Virus record (IMG/VR): IMGVR_UViG_2828164553_000001
Location: 32,001-96,000 of that record
Strand: one strand, 5' to 3'
Source of the DNA: a virus
Lineage: Duplodnaviria > Caudoviricetes
Length of the DNA: 64,000 nt
A program made the position numbers and the translations under genes. Shown here in pieces: positions 53,442 to 63,943 of the stretch (within the stretch, counting starts at the first letter, position 1; the number at the start of each line of letters is the position of its first letter). The notes beneath the pieces were generated by a model. That model had not been told where the DNA came from and ran no database searches. It was given only the letters and a program-made list of their open reading frames with translations.

Positions 53442-56400
53442 ACGCCCGCTCCCATCGCGATCACTTGCACACCATTAGGGGCGTAGCAGTAGATCTTGCC
53501 GTTGACGATCTCACTGCGACCTTGTCCTCTGTCGACGTCAATGAACCGCACCTTGTCGAATGCAAAATCCAACGTTGCGCTCGTCCCGTTGTTGACCGAA
53601 CGCCAGCCGGCCACGCGATTGTTGACGTCCAGCGCAAGCGTAGCTGAGGCCTCATAGCTCCTGACCCCGTTCTCCGCGGTGGTCACGCGCGTCTCGATCG
53701 ATTGCGTGACCTGCGCATATTTGAGGTCCAGTCCCGCAGCTGAAGGCTGCCAACTTGACGGCACCGTTTGCGCCGGGCCCAGCTCCTCTAACATCGGTCG
53801 GACAAACCAGCTGTAGAGGTATGGTGCGGATGCTTTCCCCGATGAAAGCAGCTGCATCCTCGCGAAGGCTGCGTCACTCGGCGCAACACCGCTGGCAAAG
53901 GCGCGGATGTATTCGTTAAGCGTGATGCCGCCCGCGATGGACACCCAGTGGATTGGTGCTATACCGACTTCTTGCCCAGATCTGTTAGCCCAAACCAGTC
54001 GCACGGACACCTGCTCTGCTGTATGGCTTGCCATCCAACATGAGGCGCCGTACCGCTTGCCCGGCGTCACTGGTACATCTCGGCTTTGCACGAACACGTA
54101 GCCACTGGCACCACTGCTCTTGTAGAGCTGTAGATAAGCCATTCCAATCGGCTGCCAGCTATTGTTTAGCGTGGCAACTCCGCGCTCCAGCAATGTGCCA
54201 CCCCACGGGTCACTCACGATGCCCCAGCCATCCAACGATGTGTCCCAGCCGGCGTTGTAGAGCAGGTTGGCTCCCCCTCCGGTTTGCGAGCGAACGGAGG
54301 TCAATGCCGTGCCGAGCGACGTCACCTCATTGCCCTGTTGCGTGACCTGAGTCTGCAGCGCTTGCAAAGCGGATGCGTCAGCCTTGCCGCTCAGTGCGGA
54401 TTGAACCGAACCGATGAGCTGCGACAGTGCGTTTACGCCGTTTTCTGCTTGCGTCAAACGGGTGTTCATCGCCTGCACGGCAGATGTGTCTGCCTTTCCT
54501 GCGAGGCTGGACTGCACCCCGCGCACATCCTGCGCGACGATCTGCAACTCTCGCTCGATCTGCTGCACGTCGGTGGTGACCTGCTGCATTGCCACGCCGA
54601 TCGCGCCCACCGCTTCGGCCAAGCTCGCGTACTGCCCGATGAAAGACCAATACGCCGTGTCGGTGATCGCCGTGCCCACCGGCACGTCCTGCTTGGCCAC
54701 ATAGAGCCCGCCGGCGTGCTTTACGATCGAGCCGGCCGGCCACGCTTGGTCCGCCCACTCCGGAGCCTCGACAAGCGCCTGCAGGTTCGCCAAGTCCTGC
54801 GCCTGTTGAAAGAGCTTGTCAGCGAGCTCTTGATCGCGCGCCGCCGCTTCCAGAAAACCCTGCCGGATCTCTTCGGTGGTCTGATCGATCGCCTGCTGCA
54901 TCTCCTCCTGCAGCTCCGCCAGATTCTTGCCGAGGGTCTTTGTGATGTACTTCGCCGCCACCGACAGCGTGCCGTTGGTGTTGCGCGCGCGGATCGCGAA
55001 GACCCACGTGCCCGACGCCGGGATGGGCGAGTCGAACGCACCGGTGTGGTAGCCGCTATCGCCCACGGGCGTCATGGCCTCCCACGACGGCATCGGCGCA
55101 CCCTGCTCCGGTGCCTGGGTGTAGCGGATCTCCGCGCCGGCCAAGTTGGCCGACTGGATGGTGTCGGTCCAGAAGCCCCAGGTGTAGCGCCGGATGCCGC
55201 CGCCGACCTCCTCCACGTCGAACAGGTCGTAGTTCACCGGCGGCGCATCGGCGCCGATGGTCGTGTAGATCAGCGAGGCGCCCACGCCCAGCTGCCCCTC
55301 CGGGCCGAAAGGACGCACGTTGATGGTGTAGGTGCCGGCGCGCGGGATGCGCCACCGCGCCGTGCGGGTGCGCGTCTGTGCCACCTCTACCAGCTCGCCA
55401 TTGCCGTCCGACGCCGAGGCGTACACCACCGCGTGATCGAACGGGCCGGTGATGTCGAAGGTGGCCACCAGATCGGTGGCAGTGACATCGCCGGTGGTGA
55501 TCTGGTCTTCGCTGATTGCCAGGTTGCTGACGATTGGGCGTGTGGCCAGCGACGAGCCGCTCTCCGGCGGGATGTATCGGCCGGTCTTGACGAAGGTCCA
55601 GAACTCCGGCGACTCCGGCACCACGCTGATGCTGGCGCCCTTCAGATCGCTCTCCGGCTCGATCGCCACCACGCGCACACGCAGCCCCGGCGTGGCCTTG
55701 AAATCGTAGATCCACACGGTGTCGTGGGCTGGGTTGTCCTGCCAGCCGCCCTGCACCATTGAGTCTGCATAGCCCTCGCCTGGCAGCGGTGCGTCATCCG
55801 GCCATTCCTCGACCAGCTGGATGGTGTCGGTCGCCTCGGTGAAGTTGCGCACACGGAACGTGCGATAGACCGCCTCACCCGGGATGCGCAGGCCGATAAA
55901 GGCGCTGCGCGCATCTGGCGGCGGCACAGGCTCGTCCAGTGTCAGCGTGACGGTGCCAAGTAGCGGGCTGCGCTCTGCCGCGACGATGCGCCCGCCGAAT
56001 CCCCACTGCGTGAGGTCGTGCGAGATCGACAGCATCGACATGCGACGGTAGGACAGGTACTGCAGATCTTGCGCAAAGCCGATGTCCTTGTACTGAAACA
56101 GGCTCTGGGCGAGGTGGTAGCGCGCCATCTCGGCCGCATGCGCCTCGCGGCCGATGCCCTCACCGGTGAGACGCGCCGGGTTGAGCATGGTTTCCACGCC
56201 CGGCGCCGGCACGCGTAAGGTCTCGACTTTCTTGGTGGTGCTGTCGAAATAGCTGTACTCGATGCCGTCAGCAGCGGCGGCCAGCGTGTAGTCCACGCTG
56301 AAGCTGCCCTTCTTCATCTCGGCCATGTTGACCACGCCCGAGAGCGGCTGCTCGTCGGCGGCCCACACCACCGACAGGCGACCACTGGCCCAGGTGGTCT

Positions 56401-57886
56401 GCCCCATGCCAGCAAGGGCAATCGCCTGCAGCACCTCGTCGTGGCTGCGCTCTTCGGTCAGCCAATAGTCGTAGGTGTAGCCGTTCGCTTCGCAGTGCGC
56501 CATGAAGCCCTGCAACGACTCGATGTCGGTCTCCTCGTCGCTCTTGCCCATGCCGGCGATGAGCTTGCCGGTCTTGTCGTAATAGCCGCGAACGTACTTG
56601 AGAATGTGCGCGCCGGGGTTGCTGGTCTCCTCATTTACCCAGCTGCCGTTGCGACATACCGGAATCGGCGCGGCGATGTGCTCGGCACGCAGCTCATCCG
56701 GCTGGCCGTTGAGCTGGCCGGTGGCCTTCATCAAGATGCCGGTGCGCGCAATTCCCGCATAAGTCGCAGTGTCCGCCTGCACGCTGCCCATCGTCGACCA
56801 CTGAAAGTCGTTGCGCTGGGTGTTATCGCCCTCGTAGTTTCCCTGCCCCAGGATGCGCACGCGCACGTCGTATTGGCCCTTGGCCACATCTGCCGACACC
56901 GTTGCGCGCTTGCTGACGTCCAGCTTGTCGCCGGTGTACGTCTGGGTGGCCAGCGTGGCCCAGATCCCGGTGCCCGCGGGCGCGTACTGCACTTGCACGG
57001 TCTCGGACACGTTGTACTTCTTGCCCGAGGTGCCCACGCCGCCGAGCACGTACTCCAGGTTGATCTGGATGCGCACGGTGTCGGCGCTGGTGGTGCGGGT
57101 CACGAAGTCGGCCGTGTCCGGCAGCTCCCCACCATCGACTGTGTCCACGTTGCTGTACAGCGGAATGGTCTGCTCCGGCATCTGGCTGTAGCCGGCGTGG
57201 TAGATGCTCACGCCCTCATAGCTGGAGAGCGGTGTGTCGCCGTTGCTGTACGCCTCCACGCGCCCGACGCCAATACCGGGCGTGAGCACCATGGCGAGGT
57301 ACTGATCATCACCCTCGTAAAAGGTGTAAGGCTTACTCGCAATGTCTGCCGCGATGGTCGTGCGACCAAACAGCAAGCCCAGGGGCTCATAGGGGCGCAT
57401 GCGGTTGCGCGGCGCCCCCAGGCTGTAGACGGTGCCCGCCGCGCTCTGGGCGGCTGGGCTTTCGACCTTCGGCCCGAGGGTCTTGTTGATCAGGACTGAG
57501 CCGGCCACAAAGGCTGCCGTGTACGCGACCGCCGCGCCCGTGGTACCCAGCCCGGCGGCCCACGTCGCGCCCGCGCCGCCGGTGAAGTAGATCAGCGCCG
57601 CCATCGCCACGATATACAGCGCGTTTCTGCCGACCGCGCCGCGCACCTCGATGACCTGACCATCCTTCGGATAAACGTAGGCCCACAGGTGACGCGGCAC
57701 GACGCGCCCGCCGATGGAAACCGTCCACTCGCCCTGATCCAGGTCGATCACGTGCCGGTGCAGGAAGTCGCACAGGCGCTCGCCCGGCTGCAGGTCCATT
57801 GCAATGTGGCGCTGTCCCTCCAGCGTCACTGGATGCGGCGTCAGCACCAGCTGGCCGTCGCTCGCAGGCGTGGTCATCAGACCCAT
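53438..57886 (-). CDS. Tail tip / central fibre protein J (with I-like N-terminus)
   Basis: 1482 aa; TSNP, FN3-like region, coiled coil, and a carbohydrate-binding-like NLLYNAGW domain. Confidence 0.9.
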   Translation of the reverse strand: MGLMTTPASDGQLVLTPHPVTLEGQRHIAMDLQPGERLCDFLHRHVIDLDQGEWTVSIGGRVVPRHLWAYVYPKDGQVIEVRGAVGRNALYIVAMAALIYFTGGAGATWAAGLGTTGAAVAYTAAFVAGSVLINKTLGPKVESPAAQSAAGTVYSLGAPRNRMRPYEPLGLLFGRTTIAADIASKPYTFYEGDDQYLAMVLTPGIGVGRVEAYSNGDTPLSSYEGVSIYHAGYSQMPEQTIPLYSNVDTVDGGELPDTADFVTRTTSADTVRIQINLEYVLGGVGTSGKKYNVSETVQVQYAPAGTGIWATLATQTYTGDKLDVSKRATVSADVAKGQYDVRVRILGQGNYEGDNTQRNDFQWSTMGSVQADTATYAGIARTGILMKATGQLNGQPDELRAEHIAAPIPVCRNGSWVNEETSNPGAHILKYVRGYYDKTGKLIAGMGKSDEETDIESLQGFMAHCEANGYTYDYWLTEERSHDEVLQAIALAGMGQTTWASGRLSVVWAADEQPLSGVVNMAEMKKGSFSVDYTLAAAADGIEYSYFDSTTKKVETLRVPAPGVETMLNPARLTGEGIGREAHAAEMARYHLAQSLFQYKDIGFAQDLQYLSYRRMSMLSISHDLTQWGFGGRIVAAERSPLLGTVTLTLDEPVPPPDARSAFIGLRIPGEAVYRTFRVRNFTEATDTIQLVEEWPDDAPLPGEGYADSMVQGGWQDNPAHDTVWIYDFKATPGLRVRVVAIEPESDLKGASISVVPESPEFWTFVKTGRYIPPESGSSLATRPIVSNLAISEDQITTGDVTATDLVATFDITGPFDHAVVYASASDGNGELVEVAQTRTRTARWRIPRAGTYTINVRPFGPEGQLGVGASLIYTTIGADAPPVNYDLFDVEEVGGGIRRYTWGFWTDTIQSANLAGAEIRYTQAPEQGAPMPSWEAMTPVGDSGYHTGAFDSPIPASGTWVFAIRARNTNGTLSVAAKYITKTLGKNLAELQEEMQQAIDQTTEEIRQGFLEAAARDQELADKLFQQAQDLANLQALVEAPEWADQAWPAGSIVKHAGGLYVAKQDVPVGTAITDTAYWSFIGQYASLAEAVGAIGVAMQQVTTDVQQIERELQIVAQDVRGVQSSLAGKADTSAVQAMNTRLTQAENGVNALSQLIGSVQSALSGKADASALQALQTQVTQQGNEVTSLGTALTSVRSQTGGGANLLYNAGWDTSLDGWGIVSDPWGGTLLERGVATLNNSWQPIGMAYLQLYKSSGASGYVFVQSRDVPVTPGKRYGASCWMASHTAEQVSVRLVWANRSGQEVGIAPIHWVSIAGGITLNEYIRAFASGVAPSDAAFARMQLLSSGKASAPYLYSWFVRPMLEELGPAQTVPSSWQPSAAGLDLKYAQVTQSIETRVTTAENGVRSYEASATLALDVNNRVAGWRSVNNGTSATLDFAFDKVRFIDVDRGQGRSEIVNGKIYCYAPNGVQVIAMGAGV

Positions 57887-58269
57887 GTGTAATACCCCTC
57901 GATCCGTGCGCCGTAATCCGGCAGCTCGCGCACCCGGTGCAGCCAGCTGCTACCGAGCGCGCTGGTTGTGTGAAGTACCCAGCCCTCGTGGGCCAGGTAG
58001 AAGAAGACACCGACGTGCCCGGGCCGGATTTGGCCCTTATCGAACATCAACACCAGGTCGCCGTCCGCCGGCGTGTCGGTTGGCACGGCGTACGCCTGGG
58101 ACAGCTCGCCCAGGGCTGCCTGGCCAGCAGCACCACGCGGGCGCCGCGCTGGCATCTGCACCTGGCGACCGAACAGCTGGCGCTGGACCTGCACCACCAG
58201 GTCGGCACAGTCGTAGGCGTGGGCGTCGTACGGGATGTTGAGGAACCGCTCTACCTCACTGGCCCGCAT
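57877..58269 (-). CDS. NlpC/P60 tail protein (K-like)
   Basis: PY...YDCADL, GDLVL, HVGV, LH motifs. Confidence 0.85.
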   Translation of the reverse strand: MRASEVERFLNIPYDAHAYDCADLVVQVQRQLFGRQVQMPARRPRGAAGQAALGELSQAYAVPTDTPADGDLVLMFDKGQIRPGHVGVFFYLAHEGWVLHTTSALGSSWLHRVRELPDYGARIEGYYTWV

Positions 58270-58736
58270 CAGAAGATCCCCGGCAGCGTGTGCGGGTTGG
58301 CGCGGAGCTTCACTGCCTGCTGCCGCATGAAGAAGTCCACGCCGATCTGCGCGGTGATCAGCGGGCCGGCAGCGCGCACCTGCGTCAGCGGCAGATAGAA
58401 ACGCCGCGCAATCACGTCTGGCTGCGCGCGGTCCGTGATCAGGATCCGGCACATCACCGTCTCGTTGGGCTGCACATGCTCCAGGTCATCGGTAATGCCG
58501 CGCCCAACGTTGTCCACCTCCAGCTGTGCGCGCGGCGTCTGGCCAGCAGAATCCGTAGGGGGCGTGAAGCGGAACGGATACCCGAGATACGTATTGCCAT
58601 TGCTCACCCAGTCCTGCGTGTCGTTGGCAATGCGCAACACCGCGCCGAACGATGGCGCCGTCATCTCCAGCAGCTCCAGCGGGCCGGTGGTGGCATTGTC
58701 TGTCACGCGCTGGCGGCGCTCAAGGAAGGAGCTCAT
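58269..58736 (-). CDS. Minor tail protein (DUF1833/L-like)
   Basis: YPFRFTPP...LEVDNV, PGIF end; position. Confidence 0.8.
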   Translation of the reverse strand: MSSFLERRQRVTDNATTGPLELLEMTAPSFGAVLRIANDTQDWVSNGNTYLGYPFRFTPPTDSAGQTPRAQLEVDNVGRGITDDLEHVQPNETVMCRILITDRAQPDVIARRFYLPLTQVRAAGPLITAQIGVDFFMRQQAVKLRANPHTLPGIF

Positions 58737-59089
58737 CGCAAGAACTCAACGACCACATCGCGCTGCCATGGCCGATCTGCCCCATCAGCTGGGCGCAATT
58801 CGCCGATGCTGCCGCCCTCGAAGCGCGCCTGTACGGTTAGTCCCGTCAGCGGGTGGCGGAAGTCGAACCAACCGATGCGGCCGATGTCGTCGAAATACCA
58901 GCTTTCGAAAGACACCGCGTCGACCGGCGTGGCGAAGTCCAACGTCATGGCGAGCTTCATCAGCACGCGCGTATTGAGAACGCGTTGCTTGGGCACCCCG
59001 CGCTCCATCTCGGTACGCATCACCGCAGGATCGAAAGAACTGCGCACCGTGTCGTACAGCACACCTGCAAATAGCGGGAAAGCGGCCAT
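58733..59089 (-). CDS. Distal tail protein (M-like)
   Basis: RTEMERG.PKQR, FESWY...WFDF; follows the tape-measure gene. Confidence 0.8.
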   Translation of the reverse strand: MAAFPLFAGVLYDTVRSSFDPAVMRTEMERGVPKQRVLNTRVLMKLAMTLDFATPVDAVSFESWYFDDIGRIGWFDFRHPLTGLTVQARFEGGSIGELRPADGADRPWQRDVVVEFLR

Positions 59090-61772
59090 CAGCGGCGCGT
59101 CCTCGTGTCGAACCTGCTTTCGATGGCGCCGGCCATGCGTCCACCGCTGGCGATATTTTCGGCTCCGATATCCACAATCAGCTTGCGCAGTTCGCTGCCA
59201 TCCGGCGCACGGCTGCGCTCCTCACGCTGCTGCGCTGTTTGGCCTGAATAGTTGTTGATCTCTACAGCCACCTGGCCGCCGCTGCGTCCTGTCGCAGGCA
59301 TCACCGTGGTGCCTACCAGACCACCAACCGCGTAGCCGCGCCCGCTGCGGATGGCGCCCAGCATGGACAGGAAGGCAGCCGGTCCACCGATCGACGCGAT
59401 GTCGCGCTGACTCAGCACGCCCTCGCCTTTGTGCACGACACCGGCCGGTTGAAACTTTCCGCCCGGCCCGGTATAGCCACCGGTGTCCCAGCCCTGCAGC
59501 GGAATCGCCTCGCGCTGCACGGCTCCGACTTGGCCGCCGCCGAACACGCTACCCAGCAGGCTGGTGATTCCCTTGCGCACCGTGATCCGTGCAAAGTCGG
59601 CGATGATCGAGTTGGCCATGTCTCGAAAGCTGACTTTGCCATTACCGGTCGCTTTGACCACCATGTCCTCGAATGAGGTCAGCGCCGAGGTCGTCGCGCT
59701 TTCTACCGCACCCGCCGCATTGCTGGCCCCGTCGCGATAGTTCGCCCATGCGGCTGAAACGCCCCTACCCCAATCTGCCTGCGCTTGCGACATGCGCACG
59801 TAGCCGTCGCGAATCACTTGCACGCGGCGCTCGGTTGCCGCGCGCACGGCCTGTTCTTCAGCGGCCGCGGTCTGCTCATCGATCGTGCCCACTCGCTTGA
59901 GCAGGGCCAGCTCAGTCAGCCGCTGGGCCTGCTCGCGATACACCTCATTGAGCCGCTGCTGGATCTCGAACTCGCGATCGCCGGAGCCTACACGGGCAAC
60001 CATGGCGTCCATTTCCTCGCGCAGCGCGCCCGTGCTGGCATCGAGTGCAGCCTTATAGGAGGACAGTGCGTCCTCACGTTGTTTCAGCAACTTGCGCTCG
60101 TCGGCTGCCAACACGTCCAGCTTCGCGGCACCCTCGGTGCGCACCTTCGTCAGCTGCGCCTCCATCTCGCCGACCTGCTTGCCGACGTCGATCGCATCTT
60201 TGCCTGCGACACCGCGGCCCTTGAGATAGTCGATCTGCTTCTGCAGCGACTGCGCCTCGGCGTTGGTGCCGCGCTCAGTCAGCTCGCGCAGGCGTTGGTA
60301 GTAGGTCTCGGCCGACAGCTCGCGCGCCTGGTACTGGGCCTGCAACACCTTAGTGCTGGTTGCGATCTGCGCCTGCTCGGTGGTCAGCGCATCCCGGAGT
60401 GCCTGGACCCCAGCCGATCGGCCAGACGTTGCGATGCTCGCCGCGCCCTTTGCGCTGGCTGCCGCTGCGGCGTCGCGCATTGCACGCTCGCGTTGCTGTA
60501 GCACCTTGGTGTCGGTGATTCCTGCCTGCGCGGCCAGGGTGCGCATGTCCTTGATGCGCTCTTCGAGCTGCGCCTGCTTGCTCAGATACTGCACGCCCTC
60601 TTCTTGGAACTTCGTGCGCGCCTGCTCTTGCTTGCTGTCCACCTCTGAGTAGATGCCAGCCATGATGACCTTGACCGGCTTTTTGTTGGCCGCCTTCTGC
60701 AGCTCGTCGATCTGTTGCTGGAATTGCTTGAGCAGCCTGGTGCGGTTGGCATCGCTCAGACCTTGATAGACCCCACCGCCGCGGTTAACGCCGTCGATGT
60801 TGGACTGCAGCTGCTTGATCTTCTCCGTTGCGGTGTCGGGCCGGCCAACGCCGAGCATGGTGTCCCAAGCCTCAGAGGCGGCACCTTTGACCGCGCGCCA
60901 AGCGCGTTCCATGTAGCCCAGGTTTTCCTGCACATCGGCCGCCCGATCCTTGAGCGTGTCGGCGTAGATCTTGAACGCCGCCGCGACTGCCTGGACCTGG
61001 TTGCCCTGCTCGATCAGCGTCTTGATGTTGGCCAGCTGGGTCTGGTCCAGGAAGTGCATCGTCTCGTTGAGCTCAAGCAACGCAGCGACCGGGTCGGCCT
61101 TGATCTTGGCGAATTCGGCGACCGTCTCATTCACTGCCTTGCCCGTGCCGGCGCGCATCGTCTCGGCGGCGATCGCCACGGTCTCCAGCTGCTCGGCAGT
61201 GAACTTGCCGGTGGCCGCGACCTCCGTCAGTGCCGCTGCGGCACTGGAGGTTGTCACACCGGCGATGCCATCCATCTGCGCAGCCACTTCCGCCAGGCGC
61301 GCAGCCGTCTGCCCAGATTGGTTGCCCGTCAGGATCAAGGCCTGTTGGTAGGCGGTCGCCTCATCGCTGCCCAACTTCCATGCCAGCGCCACGGCAGCGA
61401 CGGCCGCCGCAGTGATCGAGAGCGGATTGAGCATGCCCACCAAGGCAGTCGAAACGCCAGACAGTGCAGGCCCCACGCCACCGAAGCTGTCCTTGATCTG
61501 GCCACCTTGCTGCACAAGCACCGTGAACCAGGGCATGCCACCTTGGAGGCTGGTAAAGATGTCCGTGAACTGCGCCGGCAACTGGCGCATGGCATTGCTG
61601 GTTTGCCCAGCAGAAATGCCCAGCTGCTTGATCGGGTCGTTTGCAGGCAGGGGGGTGCCAGCCTGCTTGCGCACGTCGGCCAGCTGCCCGCGCAGCAATG
61701 CGAGGCCCTGCTTGATGTCGTTCACGTCCGCACTAAAATGCGAACGCGCAAGTTTGCAGAAGGTTCGGCCAT
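59089..61772 (-). pseudogene. Tape-measure protein with N-terminal frameshift (59089..61725 remains open)
   Basis: LPAQFTDIFTSL..G...QQGGQIKD lambda-H motif. ATG 61772 (MAEPSANLRVRI) is out of frame with SADVNDIKQG because of two extra T at 61735-38. Confidence 0.8.
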
Positions 61773-62075
61773 CTACCTGATCAGGTCGTTGAGGTACTTG
61801 GTAAAGGCGGCAGGCTCGGCGCCCATCGCCATGCGCACGGCCTCAGCCGTTGCGGCTTGTTGCTGGCGTTGCTGCGTGCGCTCATCACGCGCCGCAGCAG
61901 CCGCGAACGCCCTGGCTTGCGCCAGGGTGTAGGTCATGACGTCTCGGCGTTGGTGGCCGCGGGCGATGAGGAAGTGGACGATGTCGACCCACCCGGCGGT
62001 GCCTGCGTCGCCACCATCGCGGGGATCGCCTTGCCTGCTGCCTGTAGCAGGCTCGGCAGGCGTTGGCCGAAAAAA
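61773..62075 (-). CDS. Tail assembly chaperone T-like extension (-1 frame of G)
   Basis: Open -1 frame (GWVDIVHFLIARGH...MTYTLAQ...) reachable from T TTT TTC. Confidence 0.6.
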   Translation of the reverse strand, partial: FFRPTPAEPATGSRQGDPRDGGDAGTAGWVDIVHFLIARGHQRRDVMTYTLAQARAFAAAAARDERTQQRQQQAATAEAVRMAMGAEPAAFTKYLNDLIR

Positions 62076-62410
62076 TCCTGGTTGAGCTCCACCAATGCCT
62101 CCACCAGCGTGGCCGCATCGGCCAAGCTGCCACCGGCAATCCAGTCTTGCGGCTTGCCGGTGACGAGCGCACCGCCCTTCGCGAACGCTTGCCCATCCTG
62201 CTCCAGCACGTCCATCAGTAGCGCGGCCACCTCGATCGATGCGCCAGCATTCGCCAGGCTTGCGGCGATGAGCACGCGGCCGATGATCGGCCGCGTAGCA
62301 GTGATAAAGGGACCGAGCTGCGCCAACGTCAGTGGCGACAGCAGCAGTTGCTCGCCGCGGTAGGTGATCGTTTGCGTCGGCGGACTCAGCACGTCGAGGT
62401 CGTCCATCAC
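61934..62410 (-). CDS. Tail assembly chaperone G-like
   Basis: Between the major tail and tape-measure genes; LNQDFF motif. Confidence 0.75.
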   Translation of the reverse strand: MMDDLDVLSPPTQTITYRGEQLLLSPLTLAQLGPFITATRPIIGRVLIAASLANAGASIEVAALLMDVLEQDGQAFAKGGALVTGKPQDWIAGGSLADAATLVEALVELNQDFFGQRLPSLLQAAGKAIPAMVATQAPPGGSTSSTSSSPAATNAETS

Positions 62411-63162
62411 TTCTCCGCATCCCAGGTGAAGTACTGCGACACGCCAGCCGGTTTGCTGGTGTCTTTGCTGAGCGTGCCGGTGACCGTGCCAGCGCCGTAC
62501 TGCTCGCCAATCAACGCCAGCTCACCGATCACCCCGCCAGAGACCCGGTAGGCCTGGGCGCGCACCTTCTTGCCGCTGCGCGCTTCGTTGAAGCCCAGGA
62601 ACAGCAGCTCGTACTCTTCGTTGGAGTTGACCAATGCCTGCAAGCGCTCGGCCGCGCCGAAGCTGTAGGTGACCTTGATGTTGGCGGCGCCATCGACCGG
62701 GACGGCAATCTTCGAATCTGCCGGCACGTAGAGCGCGCCGTTCTTGATGTCCCAGTCCTTGCCTTTTTCGTACACCGCATCACCGGTGACCGGCTTTACC
62801 GCAGTGATGTCGGCCGCCAAATTGGCCAGCGGGGTCACGCCATCCTTGTAAGCCACAACGGCCTCATCGGCTGCATTGCCGGCCACGATGGTCGTGGCGG
62901 TGCCGCGCAACACGTCGGCGAAGTTCTCCGCGCTGAAATCGTGCATGGTGAAGCTCACCTGCACTTCGGTGATCCGATCGACCGAATTCCGGTTACCACC
63001 GCCGGGCTGCGTGCTGTCGAGCAGGTTGATGCGGTTGGTCTGCGGCGAAAAGCTGAAGGCCGAGCAGTTACCAACACCGCGGAACGGCTTGGCCGCGCCG
63101 CGCTTACGCAGATGCAGCTCGCCGCTACCCAGGTAGCTGTAGTCAGGGGAATTGATGGGCAT
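62407..63162 (-). CDS. Major tail tube protein
   Basis: YLGSG, VGNC, GFNEA motifs; GAGGAG RBS; position. Confidence 0.85.
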   Translation of the reverse strand: MPINSPDYSYLGSGELHLRKRGAAKPFRGVGNCSAFSFSPQTNRINLLDSTQPGGGNRNSVDRITEVQVSFTMHDFSAENFADVLRGTATTIVAGNAADEAVVAYKDGVTPLANLAADITAVKPVTGDAVYEKGKDWDIKNGALYVPADSKIAVPVDGAANIKVTYSFGAAERLQALVNSNEEYELLFLGFNEARSGKKVRAQAYRVSGGVIGELALIGEQYGAGTVTGTLSKDTSKPAGVSQYFTWDAEK

Positions 63163-63192
63163 GGGTGCTCCTCGTAGGTGCCGCGTGCGGCG

Positions 63193-63627
63193 TCAGGTAA
63201 TGGGGATGTGCGTTTGGTAGGTGAGCAGCGCGCCAACCCAGCTCATGCCCGCCTCGGGCTTCACCGGCTCCATGGACACGTACTGCGGGAACTGGATGCC
63301 CGGGGGATAGCGGAACTGCTGGTCGGCCATGGCCAGCTCGATGTCTGCCACCAGCGCGTCCAGCCGCGCCTGCGCGGTGTCCAGCGGCGCGGGCGCCTTA
63401 ACCACGACCACCAACGTGGTCAGGCGATGCGTGCGCGTCAGTGCGCTCTCGCTTGCGCGCTGCTGTTTGGCCACCAGCACGGTCAACACGGCATTGGCGT
63501 CTTCGTCGACCTGGCCCGGCTCCAGCGTCAAGCTGGCGCCGGCATCGGTCTGGTAGCCGTTCGCTACGCTGATGCGCTGCAGGCAGCTGCCCACCGCAGC
63601 GCGCAGGTGTTCGCGCGGGCTAGCCAT
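63193..63627 (-). CDS. Tail terminator (U-like)
   Basis: ISVANGYQTDAG, LVADIELAM; position. Confidence 0.7.
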   Translation of the reverse strand: MASPREHLRAAVGSCLQRISVANGYQTDAGASLTLEPGQVDEDANAVLTVLVAKQQRASESALTRTHRLTTLVVVVKAPAPLDTAQARLDALVADIELAMADQQFRYPPGIQFPQYVSMEPVKPEAGMSWVGALLTYQTHIPIT

Positions 63628-63943
63628 GGTCGGCCACCCACTGGCTGACGGATTCGTCCTCGCGCACCCGCTCTGCCAGCACCAGGGTCTCGTCATCCAG
63701 CAGCACCCGCCCACGTTTGGCCGGCTGCACTTCGGCACGCTGCAGCGTCACAAGCGTGTAGCCAGTGCTCACCGGTGCGAGGTCGCTACCGAAGTCGCGC
63801 ACGTCGCGGTCGATCTGCACAGTGCACGGCACCGTCTCCGCAGCACCAGGCGCTTGATAGCGCGCGCCATCAGCCAAACCGACGTCGGCAAAGGCAGCAA
63901 ATGCGGTCGCATCGAATGCCTGCATAAACTCGCGCTGGTTCAT
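63620..63943 (-). CDS. Head-tail joining protein (FII-like)
   Basis: 107-aa beta-rich protein; position. Confidence 0.7.
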   Translation of the reverse strand: MNQREFMQAFDATAFAAFADVGLADGARYQAPGAAETVPCTVQIDRDVRDFGSDLAPVSTGYTLVTLQRAEVQPAKRGRVLLDDETLVLAERVREDESVSQWVADHG

